In this document: one piece after another, positions 36,544-45,773 of the stretch
Layout: each line of letters begins with the position of its first letter
Position numbering within the stretch: the first letter of the stretch is position 1
NCBI GenBank assembly: GCA_964518215.1
Contig: CAZFFP010000007.1
Coordinates: 1,121-65,120 of the forward strand
Reading direction: 5' to 3'
Source of the DNA: an uncultured Chitinophagaceae bacterium
Lineage (GTDB): Bacteria; Bacteroidota; Bacteroidia; Chitinophagales; CAIOSU01
DNA length: 64,000 bases
The notes under the pieces: generated by a model
Told to the model about the DNA's origin: nothing
What the model saw: only the letters and a program-made list of their open reading frames with translations
The model's database searches: none
Position numbers and translations under genes: made by a program

Positions 36544-37560
36544 TTAAACCAACCATTTGTTTTCTTTAAGCAGAACGGCCAAGCCAAGTAAGACTTCGGG
36601 TAGAAAATATGAAAGATGCAGATATACAGAGAAGGCGGCATATTTTTGCAAATCTTCTGGTGTGGTTGTTGCTCCATACATATTTGCAATAACGATTAGC
36701 GCATTGTATATCCCAAAATGAACCACTCCAACATTGCCCGGAGCAGAGGGTATTAAATATATAATAACCATTAGTGTCGAGATAATCATTGCCGAAAAAA
36801 GGCTGAATACAGGAGCGGAGATGCCCGTTGCTTTCATCACCAAATAGTATTGCGCAATGTTTAAAACAAACATTAATGCTGCCAGCACAATAAACCGCAT
36901 CAAATTTGCGGGAGTGAATTTTATTAAAAAACTCTTGGTATAAATGTGGAGTTTATAGAGCCACTTTCCTGCGCCTTTAAACTTTAATAAAATGTATAGC
37001 CCAAGCCGCTCAAGGGTTTTAATTTTAATGTATAACAGGTAAAGCGTAATGATTGCTAAAATAATAGCGGCCAAACCCAAAAGATAGGAAGTGTGATAAT
37101 TATAAAAAGCAGGATTATAAATATAAATAAAAACGATATAAGCGACAAAGGCATAAGCATCTATATATTTTTCGACAATTACTGATGCAACAGATTTTAC
37201 AACAGACATGTGGTTTTTTTTGCTCAAATGCCATATTCTTACCCCTTCGCCAAGATTCCCGGGCAAGATGCAGTTGTAAAAATTGCCCAAAATTATACCG
37301 TTTAATGTGTCAAAATTGCGGTTGTTTTGTATGGATGGTTGCCATATCAATTTTGCTTTTAAAGATTGAACAACAATGGAAACAATAAAAAGGCAGATGG
37401 CTAAAAAAATTATTGCATATTGTTCATAGGTCAGAATTAAGTCTTTCCATCTTATGCCGCTGTTTTTTATTGTAAACCATAATAAGGCAATGCTCAAAAC
37501 AATTACCAGTATGTTCTTTATATATTTAGTATTATTTTTTTCCGGCTTTTCTATAAGCAT
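36544..37560 (-). CDS. UPF0104 / LPG-synthase-TM (flippase-like) membrane protein
   Basis: 338 aa, about 8 TM helices. GNFYNCILPGNLGEGVRIW is typical of this family. Confidence 0.75.
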   Translation of the reverse strand: MLIEKPEKNNTKYIKNILVIVLSIALLWFTIKNSGIRWKDLILTYEQYAIIFLAICLFIVSIVVQSLKAKLIWQPSIQNNRNFDTLNGIILGNFYNCILPGNLGEGVRIWHLSKKNHMSVVKSVASVIVEKYIDAYAFVAYIVFIYIYNPAFYNYHTSYLLGLAAIILAIITLYLLYIKIKTLERLGLYILLKFKGAGKWLYKLHIYTKSFLIKFTPANLMRFIVLAALMFVLNIAQYYLVMKATGISAPVFSLFSAMIISTLMVIIYLIPSAPGNVGVVHFGIYNALIVIANMYGATTTPEDLQKYAAFSVYLHLSYFLPEVLLGLAVLLKENKWLV

Positions 37561-37569
37561 GATAAAGAT

Positions 37570-39246
37570 TTAATACAAGGGTTTTTTAACCTTGTATATT
37601 TTTCCGTTGAGTCCTAAATCGGGTTGGTTATCAATCGGCTCGTATTCAAAGTTATAACTGTAAACTATTTCAAAGTAGGCTTTTATTAAGGCAAGCCGGT
37701 TTTCTGTTGCATATAATCTGATGTTTTCATTGTTTTCAAGCAATTCGATTATTGATTTGTAATCTAACGGGCTGATTTCGAACAAATCATGAAAACGATT
37801 CGAAATATAGCTGAAATAGGTGAGGTAGCCCCCGTCAAAATAACCAATGTTTTTAAAATATGGCTTTGGATTTCTGTTTAGAATATTGCTGTTTAGAGGA
37901 ATGTCTGAATATATGAAGCTTATTAGCGGATATTCTAAGGAATAATTATATAGCGCTTCCGCAGATTTTTTTCGCTCATGATTTAATTGTTTTTCGAAAT
38001 TGGCTTGTTTGTATGTTTCAAAACCGATGCACAGGGAAGCAGAAAAAATAGCCAAGAGCATAGCAATTTTAGACTTTATACCGGCAGTGCCTATTTTCAA
38101 AATTTCTCTCAAAACAAGAAAAGACCATACTGCAAGAAAAGGGGTGAAGAACCTTAATTTCATATCGTCCACCAAAAACAACAACATGGTGTATGGTATA
38201 GCAAAAGCAATCAGGGTTGTTATGAATATATTTTGCAAGGCTTTTCCATCTGGCTTTTCAAATAGTATCATTAACAAAATCAAACCAATCGTGAGTAATA
38301 TCAGCCACTTATTTGCTATAAGCTTTTGCGTAATTTCAATAAATGATGCTTTAAGATTTTCTACGCTCAATATGGATTTAAAATCAGGAGCAATATCAAC
38401 TGTTTTTTGTAAGTATTCAATAGTAAATTCACTGGTATCGGTAATAAAAAATTCCTTTAGCGATTCATACTTAATGCTGTCTTTAACAGACAGATTGTCT
38501 TTTTCGGGCAGTAAAGATTTCTTCTCCAAAATAGCATATTCATAGTTGGCTTCTATATATTTTCCGGTATTTGTGATGAATAGGCCGGGTATCTGATAAA
38601 ACGAAAGAATAATAATTGAAAGCACGATGTGAAATGAAAATTGTTTTATTGGCTTTAGTACATCTTTTTCGGTAAAAATCTTTACAAGAATATAAAATCC
38701 AAGAATGATAACGGGAGTATGCATTCTTGTTATGAGCGACAGTAAAAACAACAGCAATCCGAAATAAAATTGCCTATTGTTGTTTTTCGATATCCCCGAT
38801 TGTGAAATTATAATGCCCACAAAGCTTAATAGCAGGCTAATTCTTATTTGATGGAAGAAAACTATGCTTTGAATAGAATATGTTAATATCAGCAGGGTGA
38901 TTATAAAAACATCAAGCCATCGTGTTTTCAGGCGAACTACCTCTTGTATAGTTATAAAAATAAAAGAAAACAAAAAAAGAAAAGCTATAAAAACATACCA
39001 TAAACCATATACCGGAATTTTCGGAAAGGTTTCGCTTAATTGTGCCAGAAAGGGAATTAAAAAAAGGTGATAATCTGTAATGTATTGGTCGTTGCCAACC
39101 CTCCCGAATTCGCCATATATGACATGAGATAAAATCGCTTCATTATCGTCAAAAAAAACGCCAAATACAAAGCCTATCAAAATCAGAATAGTTGCCGATA
39201 AAAAAAGGGCAACTTTAAAACTTTGATTCATGTTTTCTTTGTTCAC
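37570..39246 (-). CDS. polytopic membrane protein with soluble C-terminal domain (paralog of 30383-32095), family unknown
   Basis: 558 aa, many TM helices. The C-terminal domain is shared with the 570-aa paralog. Confidence 0.7.
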   Translation of the reverse strand: MNKENMNQSFKVALFLSATILILIGFVFGVFFDDNEAILSHVIYGEFGRVGNDQYITDYHLFLIPFLAQLSETFPKIPVYGLWYVFIAFLFLFSFIFITIQEVVRLKTRWLDVFIITLLILTYSIQSIVFFHQIRISLLLSFVGIIISQSGISKNNNRQFYFGLLLFLLSLITRMHTPVIILGFYILVKIFTEKDVLKPIKQFSFHIVLSIIILSFYQIPGLFITNTGKYIEANYEYAILEKKSLLPEKDNLSVKDSIKYESLKEFFITDTSEFTIEYLQKTVDIAPDFKSILSVENLKASFIEITQKLIANKWLILLTIGLILLMILFEKPDGKALQNIFITTLIAFAIPYTMLLFLVDDMKLRFFTPFLAVWSFLVLREILKIGTAGIKSKIAMLLAIFSASLCIGFETYKQANFEKQLNHERKKSAEALYNYSLEYPLISFIYSDIPLNSNILNRNPKPYFKNIGYFDGGYLTYFSYISNRFHDLFEISPLDYKSIIELLENNENIRLYATENRLALIKAYFEIVYSYNFEYEPIDNQPDLGLNGKIYKVKKPLY

Positions 39247-39258
39247 AATAAAAAAACA

Positions 39259-40038
39259 TTACAGGAATTGAAATCTTCTCTGAATAGGCAGATAAATACG
39301 CCAAACCAACGAAAACATCTTGCACATAATATTGTGTATGATTATGGGCATTTTTCGAACAATGGCAAAGTTCTTATAGAAATAAATAAAGCTTTGGCTG
39401 CCGAGAGCATTCGCGCAAATTTCATTGGTTCTATGCACCAATGGTTGAGGTATAAAGTCAAACATTAAAACATATCTGCGCTTGGAAGAGTTGTTCCAAA
39501 CATTGTGCTTCTGAACATTAATAAAGCAAAGCAATTCACCATCCTTCCAACCCTTTTCTTGGTCGCCCACTCTTATACCTATGGTGGGGTAAGGCTCTGG
39601 AACCATTAAGCCCAGATGGGTTCTGACGATGGCATTCGTATCTCCATAGTGTGGGCTTATGTGGGTGTTGGGCGGTAGCGTGCTGATGCCTGCAAACACG
39701 CAATTAGGAATTTGAGAAATAACACTGGTGGTAAACGGAAATTTCTTCATGTTTTCGTGAAACTTCCACCTGAAACTCATCAAATAAATCAGGCTCCACC
39801 TACCCTCCCCTTCAATTTTAGCTGGCGAAAGCGAGTTCATTCCGCTCAGCAAGCCATCTCGTTTTTCTATTTCTACAATTTCATTTCTTATCCCTTCCCA
39901 GTTTTTTTTCAAGGGCTCTAATTCGGGGAATGCATCAGATGAATAATAATAGTCTAATTTGCCGTGATATTCTTCTACCGGGGGCCTCAGATATACTATT
40001 TCTTCTCCATCGGGCCATTTGTATTCTTTACTTTCCAT
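39259..40038 (-). CDS. aspartyl/asparaginyl beta-hydroxylase family (AspH/LpxO-like) oxygenase, second copy
   Basis: 259 aa. ISPHYGDTNAIVRTHLGLMVPEP...INVQKHNVWNNSSKRRYVLMFDF. Hydrophobic C-terminal region. Confidence 0.8.
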   Translation of the reverse strand: MESKEYKWPDGEEIVYLRPPVEEYHGKLDYYYSSDAFPELEPLKKNWEGIRNEIVEIEKRDGLLSGMNSLSPAKIEGEGRWSLIYLMSFRWKFHENMKKFPFTTSVISQIPNCVFAGISTLPPNTHISPHYGDTNAIVRTHLGLMVPEPYPTIGIRVGDQEKGWKDGELLCFINVQKHNVWNNSSKRRYVLMFDFIPQPLVHRTNEICANALGSQSFIYFYKNFAIVRKMPIIIHNIMCKMFSLVWRIYLPIQRRFQFL

Positions 40039-40109
40039 ACCAAAATATGTGATTGTCTAAAGTTATTAACTAATTATCAAAAAAACAGAGGGGACCTTAG
40101 CCGTACCCT

Positions 40110-40838
40110 TCAAAATATATTTGGGTTGAATTTAAAATGAATGTCAAAAAATAGTCTTACTACTTCCGGAGTAAGCTTCACAAGGTTTTTTAGGTTTCCT
40201 CCCTTAGCTTCCCCTTCAATCCGCGGCAAATAGTCGGTTGGAATTTCGATAGGGGTAATTCCGCATTTGTATAATTTGGAGCAAATCTCACTCTCAATGA
40301 GTGAGCTGCAAAGTTTAGGATTAATTTTTTTCAACTGTTCGTTGCGATATACTTTTATCCAATTTACATCTCTTATATAAATCCCAAGCAGGTGTTGGTT
40401 AAACAACCTGTTGAGCCAGGTAAGAGATTTTCTATAAAGGTTATAATCTGTTTTCTTTCTGTAAAAAGAGTAGTATAAATTATTATTGAAGGGTTTTACT
40501 TTTTCCAACTCATTAATGTCAAACTGTCCATCGCCCGGTATAGCACAAATGTATTCCATCTCTGCAGCATTGTAGCCCGTTTTAAGTGCCATACCAATGC
40601 CTTTGTTTTCGGTATGTCTGATAATTTTCACCTTGCTGTTTCTTTGGGAAAGCTCCATAATGATTTGGTGAGTGTTGTCAGTACTTCCGTCATCTACAAT
40701 TATTAGCTCGTGGTTTGTGGTGTTTTTTTCTAAAAATAAAAGTGCAGAATTTATCACATGGCTTAAGTTCTTAGCTTCATTGTAGCAAAATATAATGACA
40801 GAATAATTTATGGAATTTGCAGCCTTGTCAATATGCAT
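40110..40838 (-). CDS. glycosyltransferase family 2 (polyprenyl-phosphate sugar synthase-like size)
   Basis: 242 aa. YSVIIFCYNEAKNL, IIVDDGSTDNT, AIPGDGQFD. Confidence 0.85.
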   Translation of the reverse strand: MHIDKAANSINYSVIIFCYNEAKNLSHVINSALLFLEKNTTNHELIIVDDGSTDNTHQIIMELSQRNSKVKIIRHTENKGIGMALKTGYNAAEMEYICAIPGDGQFDINELEKVKPFNNNLYYSFYRKKTDYNLYRKSLTWLNRLFNQHLLGIYIRDVNWIKVYRNEQLKKINPKLCSSLIESEICSKLYKCGITPIEIPTDYLPRIEGEAKGGNLKNLVKLTPEVVRLFFDIHFKFNPNIF

Positions 40839-42216
40839 AATCTGTAGTAGCCCGTTTAAAAATGTAGTTGATTGCCACCTTTGCGTGTGAAAGGTGAGGT
40901 AACAATTTCATGGGCGATTGAAATACAAATTCCTGAGAGAAATAGAATTTTCTGTAAAAATAGCTTCGTCTTTTCGCTGCAATCTTATTGTGCGCCTCGT
41001 CTGTAAAATAATTAATGTATGGATACAGAGAGAAGTTAACCTGATGTTTTAGTTTTTCAAATAGCGGAGTTCCGGGGTAAACCTTTAGTGTATCTACTAA
41101 AATATAGTCGCAAGTTTTCTTTGCAAAACTGATGCTTTGCTCAATATCTTCATCGGTTTCTCCGGGAATTCCGGTGAGGAAGAAGCCCATAACTTCAATC
41201 CCGATTTTTTTTGCATATTGAAGATTGCTCACGCATTCGCTGATAATTATTTTCTTATTTAAAAAGTCCAGCACTCTTTGGCTGCCACTTTCCACTCCTA
41301 CATTTATTCTTACACACCCGGCTTTCTTCATCCAGAAAAGCATTTCTTCATTAAGAGTGTCTGCCCGACTAAGACATGTCCAGGATATATCTAACTTGTG
41401 CTGCAGCATGAGCTTGCAGATATTTATGACTCTAGAGGGAATTGCCGTAAAAGTGTCATCTATAAATCTCAGCGACTTGATGTTGTGTACTTTCTTAAGC
41501 AGATGAATTTGTTCTAAAACATTTTCGGGAGTGAGCATGGTAAGTTTTGTTCCAAAAGAATGAACACAATAGTTGCATTGGTACGGACAGCCTCGTGCTG
41601 TTTGAATCAATCCGAATGGGGAAGGCATAAGCGGCTCCCCGTAGTACTTGTTCTCGAGAAGCTCATACGGGGGAATGGGTAGTTCGTTGGGGTTGGGTAT
41701 TCTCCTGTCTTCGCCATTGTCTATAATTTCACCCAAACTATTTTTGATTGCTGTTCCGGTAATGTTTTCCGGCAACAAATCAGTCCAGCTAAAAAGCAGG
41801 TTTTTAAACACATCGTCCGGCTCTCCTTTCATTACAAAATCGGCTCCCGATAACCGAATGGTTTCTTCGGAAAAATGAGTTGGATAGTGTCCGAAAACAC
41901 CGTATTTAATATCGGGGAATGTGTTTTTAATTTCGGCAATCATATCTGCGTCTTTGTCAAAAAGTTCGAAACTCAGTATGCTTATAATTAAAGACGGCTG
42001 ATAATTTTGAATGATATTGAGTGCCTCCGGCATATTCTTATTTTCGGCTGTGGCATCAACAAACTTTACATCGTGTCCTAATTCTTTTGCCACTCCTGTT
42101 AAAGAAAGAAGTTCGTGTGGCGGAAAAAGCATTTTGGGAGGAAACGAGCTACACATGTATCTTCGAACAACCGGTATGGCAGAGGGCAGGTTTAAAAACA
42201 GTATTCTCATTTTCAT
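40828..42216 (-). CDS. B12-binding domain radical SAM enzyme (class B)
   Basis: 462 aa. N-terminal B12-like segment (RILFLNLPSA...LIISILS) and cluster motif ARGCPYQCNYC. Confidence 0.85.
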   Translation of the reverse strand: MKMRILFLNLPSAIPVVRRYMCSSFPPKMLFPPHELLSLTGVAKELGHDVKFVDATAENKNMPEALNIIQNYQPSLIISILSFELFDKDADMIAEIKNTFPDIKYGVFGHYPTHFSEETIRLSGADFVMKGEPDDVFKNLLFSWTDLLPENITGTAIKNSLGEIIDNGEDRRIPNPNELPIPPYELLENKYYGEPLMPSPFGLIQTARGCPYQCNYCVHSFGTKLTMLTPENVLEQIHLLKKVHNIKSLRFIDDTFTAIPSRVINICKLMLQHKLDISWTCLSRADTLNEEMLFWMKKAGCVRINVGVESGSQRVLDFLNKKIIISECVSNLQYAKKIGIEVMGFFLTGIPGETDEDIEQSISFAKKTCDYILVDTLKVYPGTPLFEKLKHQVNFSLYPYINYFTDEAHNKIAAKRRSYFYRKFYFSQEFVFQSPMKLLPHLSHAKVAINYIFKRATTDYAY

Positions 42217-42217
42217 G

Positions 42218-43327
42218 CTATTTTTCCTCTTTTATGAGTTCGATAATACAATCGTAAATATGTTTAGCTTTTAATTCTTCGCCTATTTCGTTTACATGAA
42301 TACCATCGTCATTCAAAAATAAATCGGGAGTAAACTCATGTTCGGGTAAGATACATAAATGAGCATCTGTTTCCAAAGATATTTCCGCCAAATACTCTGA
42401 GTTTATGTTCAAACCATTTATTAATACATCTCCCAGACCATCAGGCATTTTAGTTTTATCGGCAACTTCGGGCACAAATAATACTTTGCTGCCTTTGCTT
42501 TGTGCTTCCATTACCAACAACTTATAGTTGTTATAAAAGGCGTTATATTTTTTATTATACATGTCTTCATTTTCTTTTTCAAACCAGTTATTATCGTTGT
42601 TGAAATCAAAAAATACATTTTTCTCCAATGAGTTTTCTAAGAAAATAGAATATCGCCAACGTATCCAAAAGAAAGAAAAGGCATTAGATGTCATGAGTAT
42701 TTTCTCAATTTGTGTGGGTTGCGGAATATTATAAAACACCCTTCTTAAATTGTGGTAATCCGGCTGATACACAGCCCCATTAATTCCCGAATAGGCAAAA
42801 GCATCGTTGAAGCCGGTGTGAATCACAATTAAATCAGGATATAAATATTGATGCTTAAAATGATAATGATTTAATATTTCGGCAGAGGTAAGCCCGTGCA
42901 CGCCTGCATTCAGGCACTCTACCTTTTGGAATGATGGATTTATGGTTTTGATTTTTTCAGATAATCTGTCGTGAATAATTTTAGGAAAAACATTAAACTC
43001 ATCATCTACATCGCCAAAAGTGGTGGAGCCTCCCAAAAAAAGAATTCGCAGGGTATTATTGGATTTTTTCAGGGTTATTTCTTCGTGGTATCGAATTCCC
43101 TTGCTGTTTATCGGGTAATTGCCTTTGCTATCAGTTTGATTCGGATTATTTATGTAATTTAAGTATGGTTGTGAAATATATCCCGATTTTGTGTCAACAC
43201 TTAATATTGCTTTTTTTGTGGGAAGTATATAGGGATGAAAAATGCTCAACGCCACATAGACAATAGCTTCTATTATTACAATCGTTAAAACAAAAACAAT
43301 TAAATAATAGTATGCTTTTTTTCTCAT
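42218..43327 (-). CDS. membrane-anchored SGNH/GDSL-like hydrolase or acyltransferase
   Basis: 369 aa. N-terminal TM YYLIVFVLTIVIIEAIVYVALSIF. Block I LRILFLGGSTTFG and block V DGIHVN. Confidence 0.7.
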   Translation of the reverse strand: MRKKAYYYLIVFVLTIVIIEAIVYVALSIFHPYILPTKKAILSVDTKSGYISQPYLNYINNPNQTDSKGNYPINSKGIRYHEEITLKKSNNTLRILFLGGSTTFGDVDDEFNVFPKIIHDRLSEKIKTINPSFQKVECLNAGVHGLTSAEILNHYHFKHQYLYPDLIVIHTGFNDAFAYSGINGAVYQPDYHNLRRVFYNIPQPTQIEKILMTSNAFSFFWIRWRYSIFLENSLEKNVFFDFNNDNNWFEKENEDMYNKKYNAFYNNYKLLVMEAQSKGSKVLFVPEVADKTKMPDGLGDVLINGLNINSEYLAEISLETDAHLCILPEHEFTPDLFLNDDGIHVNEIGEELKAKHIYDCIIELIKEEK

Positions 43328-43363
43328 CGTCCCTGCGGTTTGTAATTGATTATACGGGTGTCT

Positions 43364-43387
43364 AAAATACTATTTTATTAGTATTTT
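43364..43387. promoter_or_regulatory. inverted repeat AAAATACTA-(6 nt)-TAGTATTTT in the divergent intergenic region
   Basis: Read directly from the sequence. Confidence 0.25.
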
Positions 43388-43514
43388 CATGCGGACAGTT
43401 GCTTGGGCTGAATGAATTTCTACATTGCAGCCCTGTTGCCTGCCCGATAAAGTATTTAGTTTTTGTTCTAAATTTTGTCTTGCTCGCAAATTTTGTTCAA
43501 CTTAAAATCTTTTA

Positions 43515-43533
43515 TACAGAGATTATCTCTGTA
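43515..43533. promoter_or_regulatory. 19-bp palindrome TACAGAGAT-T-ATCTCTGTA, 25 nt upstream of the wzt-like start
   Basis: Read directly from the sequence. Candidate operator in the divergent promoter region. Confidence 0.3.
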
Positions 43534-43557
43534 AAACCAAATAAACAAAAATAATGT

Positions 43558-44772
43558 ATGAGCGGACTCGCTTTCAGAATACAATCTTTGTCGAAACATT
43601 ACGTCCGGGATAACGGAAATATAGTTAAAGCAGTAGACAATATCTCATTTGATGTTGAGCAAGGAAGTTTTGTTGGATTAGTGGGTAAAAATGGTTGCGG
43701 AAAAAGCACGCTGCTAAATATTTTGGGCGGAATAGTGAAGCCAACAAGCGGGAGTGTGGAAATTTATGGGCGCGTTCTTGCGCTAACTGATATAGGTGCC
43801 GGATTTCATCCGGAACTAAACGGCTTAGAAAATATTATGATGGCAGGCGGATTATTTGGCTTAACTAAGCCGGACATTCAAAAGCTTCTTTCAAACATTA
43901 TAGCTTTCAGCGAGCTTAGCGAAGAATTTCTTGAAATGCCTATCAAAAACTACTCTCAGGGCATGTTTTTGAGATTGGCTTTCAGCACATATATACATTT
44001 CCCTGTTGACATACTTTTGTTAGATGAAATATTAGCTGTGGGCGATGCTAATTTTCGGCAAAAATGTTTTACCATCATCAAGCAAAAAGTCGAAAATGGG
44101 CTAACGGTAATTTTGGTTTCTCATACCTACGATGAGGTGCTTTCATATTGCAAAAGGTCTATAGTGCTTAATCTCGGAAAAATAGTTGCTGACGACAAGC
44201 CCGAAAATGCCTTTGATTCATACATGAAATCTATGGGAATAGTTACAACTAATAATGTTTCCGGAGAAAAACAAATACATTCCTACATAAATTTTTACCA
44301 CGAAAATTATCTCAATATTGAAACTGTAAAAATTGGCTCGGTAAATCAAAATGTAGATTTGATAAATTTTAACATGCCCCTTACTATAAGTATAATTTGG
44401 AACAAAATACAGAGCCAATGTTCCATCTTTATGGATATCATTATATCAGACAAGTTTAATAAACCGATTATTGCCACCTCAAATTATTATGGAAAAAAGC
44501 TTGATGTGCAAGAGTTGAATAATTTTGGTGAAAGTGGTAGATTTAAAACAGAATGCGTCATTCCGCCCTGTTTCCTAAATATAGGAATGTATAAAATAGA
44601 CATACTTGGGACGGTTTTTTTAAATGAAAGAGAATATTTTTCTTTATTTAAAACAACAGCCCCTTTTTTATTGGTAGTAACCGAAAATGCCGAGCTTAGT
44701 AGGAATCATTTTTGGACCAAAAGCGATGCCCCGATAAGAACAAAACTCGATTGGGTTGAAACCAGTATATAA
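43558..44772 (+). CDS. wzt: polysaccharide ABC exporter ATP-binding protein (Wzt/TagH-like) with C-terminal extension
   Basis: 404 aa. Walker A GKNGCGKST, signature YSQGMFLRLAFS, Walker B ILLLDEILAVGD. The C-terminal extension of about 170 aa sits where Wzt carbohydrate-binding domains occur. Confidence 0.88.
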   Translation: MSGLAFRIQSLSKHYVRDNGNIVKAVDNISFDVEQGSFVGLVGKNGCGKSTLLNILGGIVKPTSGSVEIYGRVLALTDIGAGFHPELNGLENIMMAGGLFGLTKPDIQKLLSNIIAFSELSEEFLEMPIKNYSQGMFLRLAFSTYIHFPVDILLLDEILAVGDANFRQKCFTIIKQKVENGLTVILVSHTYDEVLSYCKRSIVLNLGKIVADDKPENAFDSYMKSMGIVTTNNVSGEKQIHSYINFYHENYLNIETVKIGSVNQNVDLINFNMPLTISIIWNKIQSQCSIFMDIIISDKFNKPIIATSNYYGKKLDVQELNNFGESGRFKTECVIPPCFLNIGMYKIDILGTVFLNEREYFSLFKTTAPFLLVVTENAELSRNHFWTKSDAPIRTKLDWVETSI

Positions 44773-44797
44773 AATCTTTTTTCAGAAAAATTAAGCA

Positions 44798-45640
44798 ATG
44801 CTGATTAATAAAGAATATCTCTATACTCTTAAACAAAATGGTTTTGTATCCTTTCCTCTATTGAAAGAATCAGATATAAATGAACTAAAGAAATTGTATC
44901 AAAAGTTTGAAACAGAACACCTCGTGCACGAAGAGGGATTTAAAAAAACCAGTTCTTTTGCAGACAAAAACCAGGTTTTAGAAATAAATAAAAGAGTCAG
45001 TGAAATTATTGCTCCAATACTGCCCGAGCATTTTAAAGCCTATCAGATGCTCGGATGCAATTATTTAATCAAATCCAGTAATAGCGACCAAACAAAAGTA
45101 CCTCTTCATCAAGACTGGACGTATGTTGATGAAACAAAATTTTATTCCATGAATGTTTGGATAGCGCTGGAAGATATTGATGAGCGTAATGGCTGCTTGT
45201 TTTTTATTCCCGGCAGTCATCGAATTGGAAATTTTCTGAGATCTGCACCCTCTTATCCGGTTCCATTTTCTCAACACATTGATTTTTTGGAAAAGTTTAA
45301 AGTGCCGGTACCTGTTAAAGCCGGAACGTGTATATGCTTTAATAACAAAACCATACACGGCTCTTTTGCAAATATGGGAAACACCAACCGGCTTGTGGTT
45401 GTAACAACACTTTTTCCTGAAAACGCGAAACTGCTTCATCACTACATTCACGATTTAAAAAAGCCTGAGATTGTAACCGAATATCACATATCAAAGGATA
45501 CATTTTTAACTTTAGAAACAGGAAAACATCCGGCATCATTCTTTGAAAAGCGCATAGTTAAAACTCATTATCCGGGGTTCAGCCCGTTTTATTTTTTTTA
45601 CAAAAAACTCTTTATGTTAACAGAAGATTTTTTTAAATAA
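44798..45640 (+). CDS. PhyH-family Fe(II)/2OG dioxygenase paralog
   Basis: 280 aa. PLHQDWTYVDE, FIPGSH, TIHGSFAN. Confidence 0.85.
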   Translation: MLINKEYLYTLKQNGFVSFPLLKESDINELKKLYQKFETEHLVHEEGFKKTSSFADKNQVLEINKRVSEIIAPILPEHFKAYQMLGCNYLIKSSNSDQTKVPLHQDWTYVDETKFYSMNVWIALEDIDERNGCLFFIPGSHRIGNFLRSAPSYPVPFSQHIDFLEKFKVPVPVKAGTCICFNNKTIHGSFANMGNTNRLVVVTTLFPENAKLLHHYIHDLKKPEIVTEYHISKDTFLTLETGKHPASFFEKRIVKTHYPGFSPFYFFYKKLFMLTEDFFK

Positions 45641-45773
45641 TCAATCAAATATATTTTGTCCAAGTATAAAAGCAGTTTTAAATTTCATGAAACAACATGC
45701 CGTAATAGCTTTTCTGATTTTTATAGACGCGCAAGATTTTATCTGAATGCTACACTCTTAAAATTCAGACACA

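Noticed and set aside
38000-38545. 181-aa plus-strand ORF
   Set aside because: It is antisense to the 558-aa membrane protein gene in very AT-rich sequence. No motifs are recognisable, and the minus-strand ORF has a clear paralog.
35677-40038. H-x-G sequences in the two AspH-like proteins (SHCGE, PHYGD), considered as halogenase signatures
   Set aside because: The AspH/LpxO family naturally has this H-x-G context, and the eukaryotic enzyme binds iron with two His residues. The motif is a family trait there, not evidence for halogenation.
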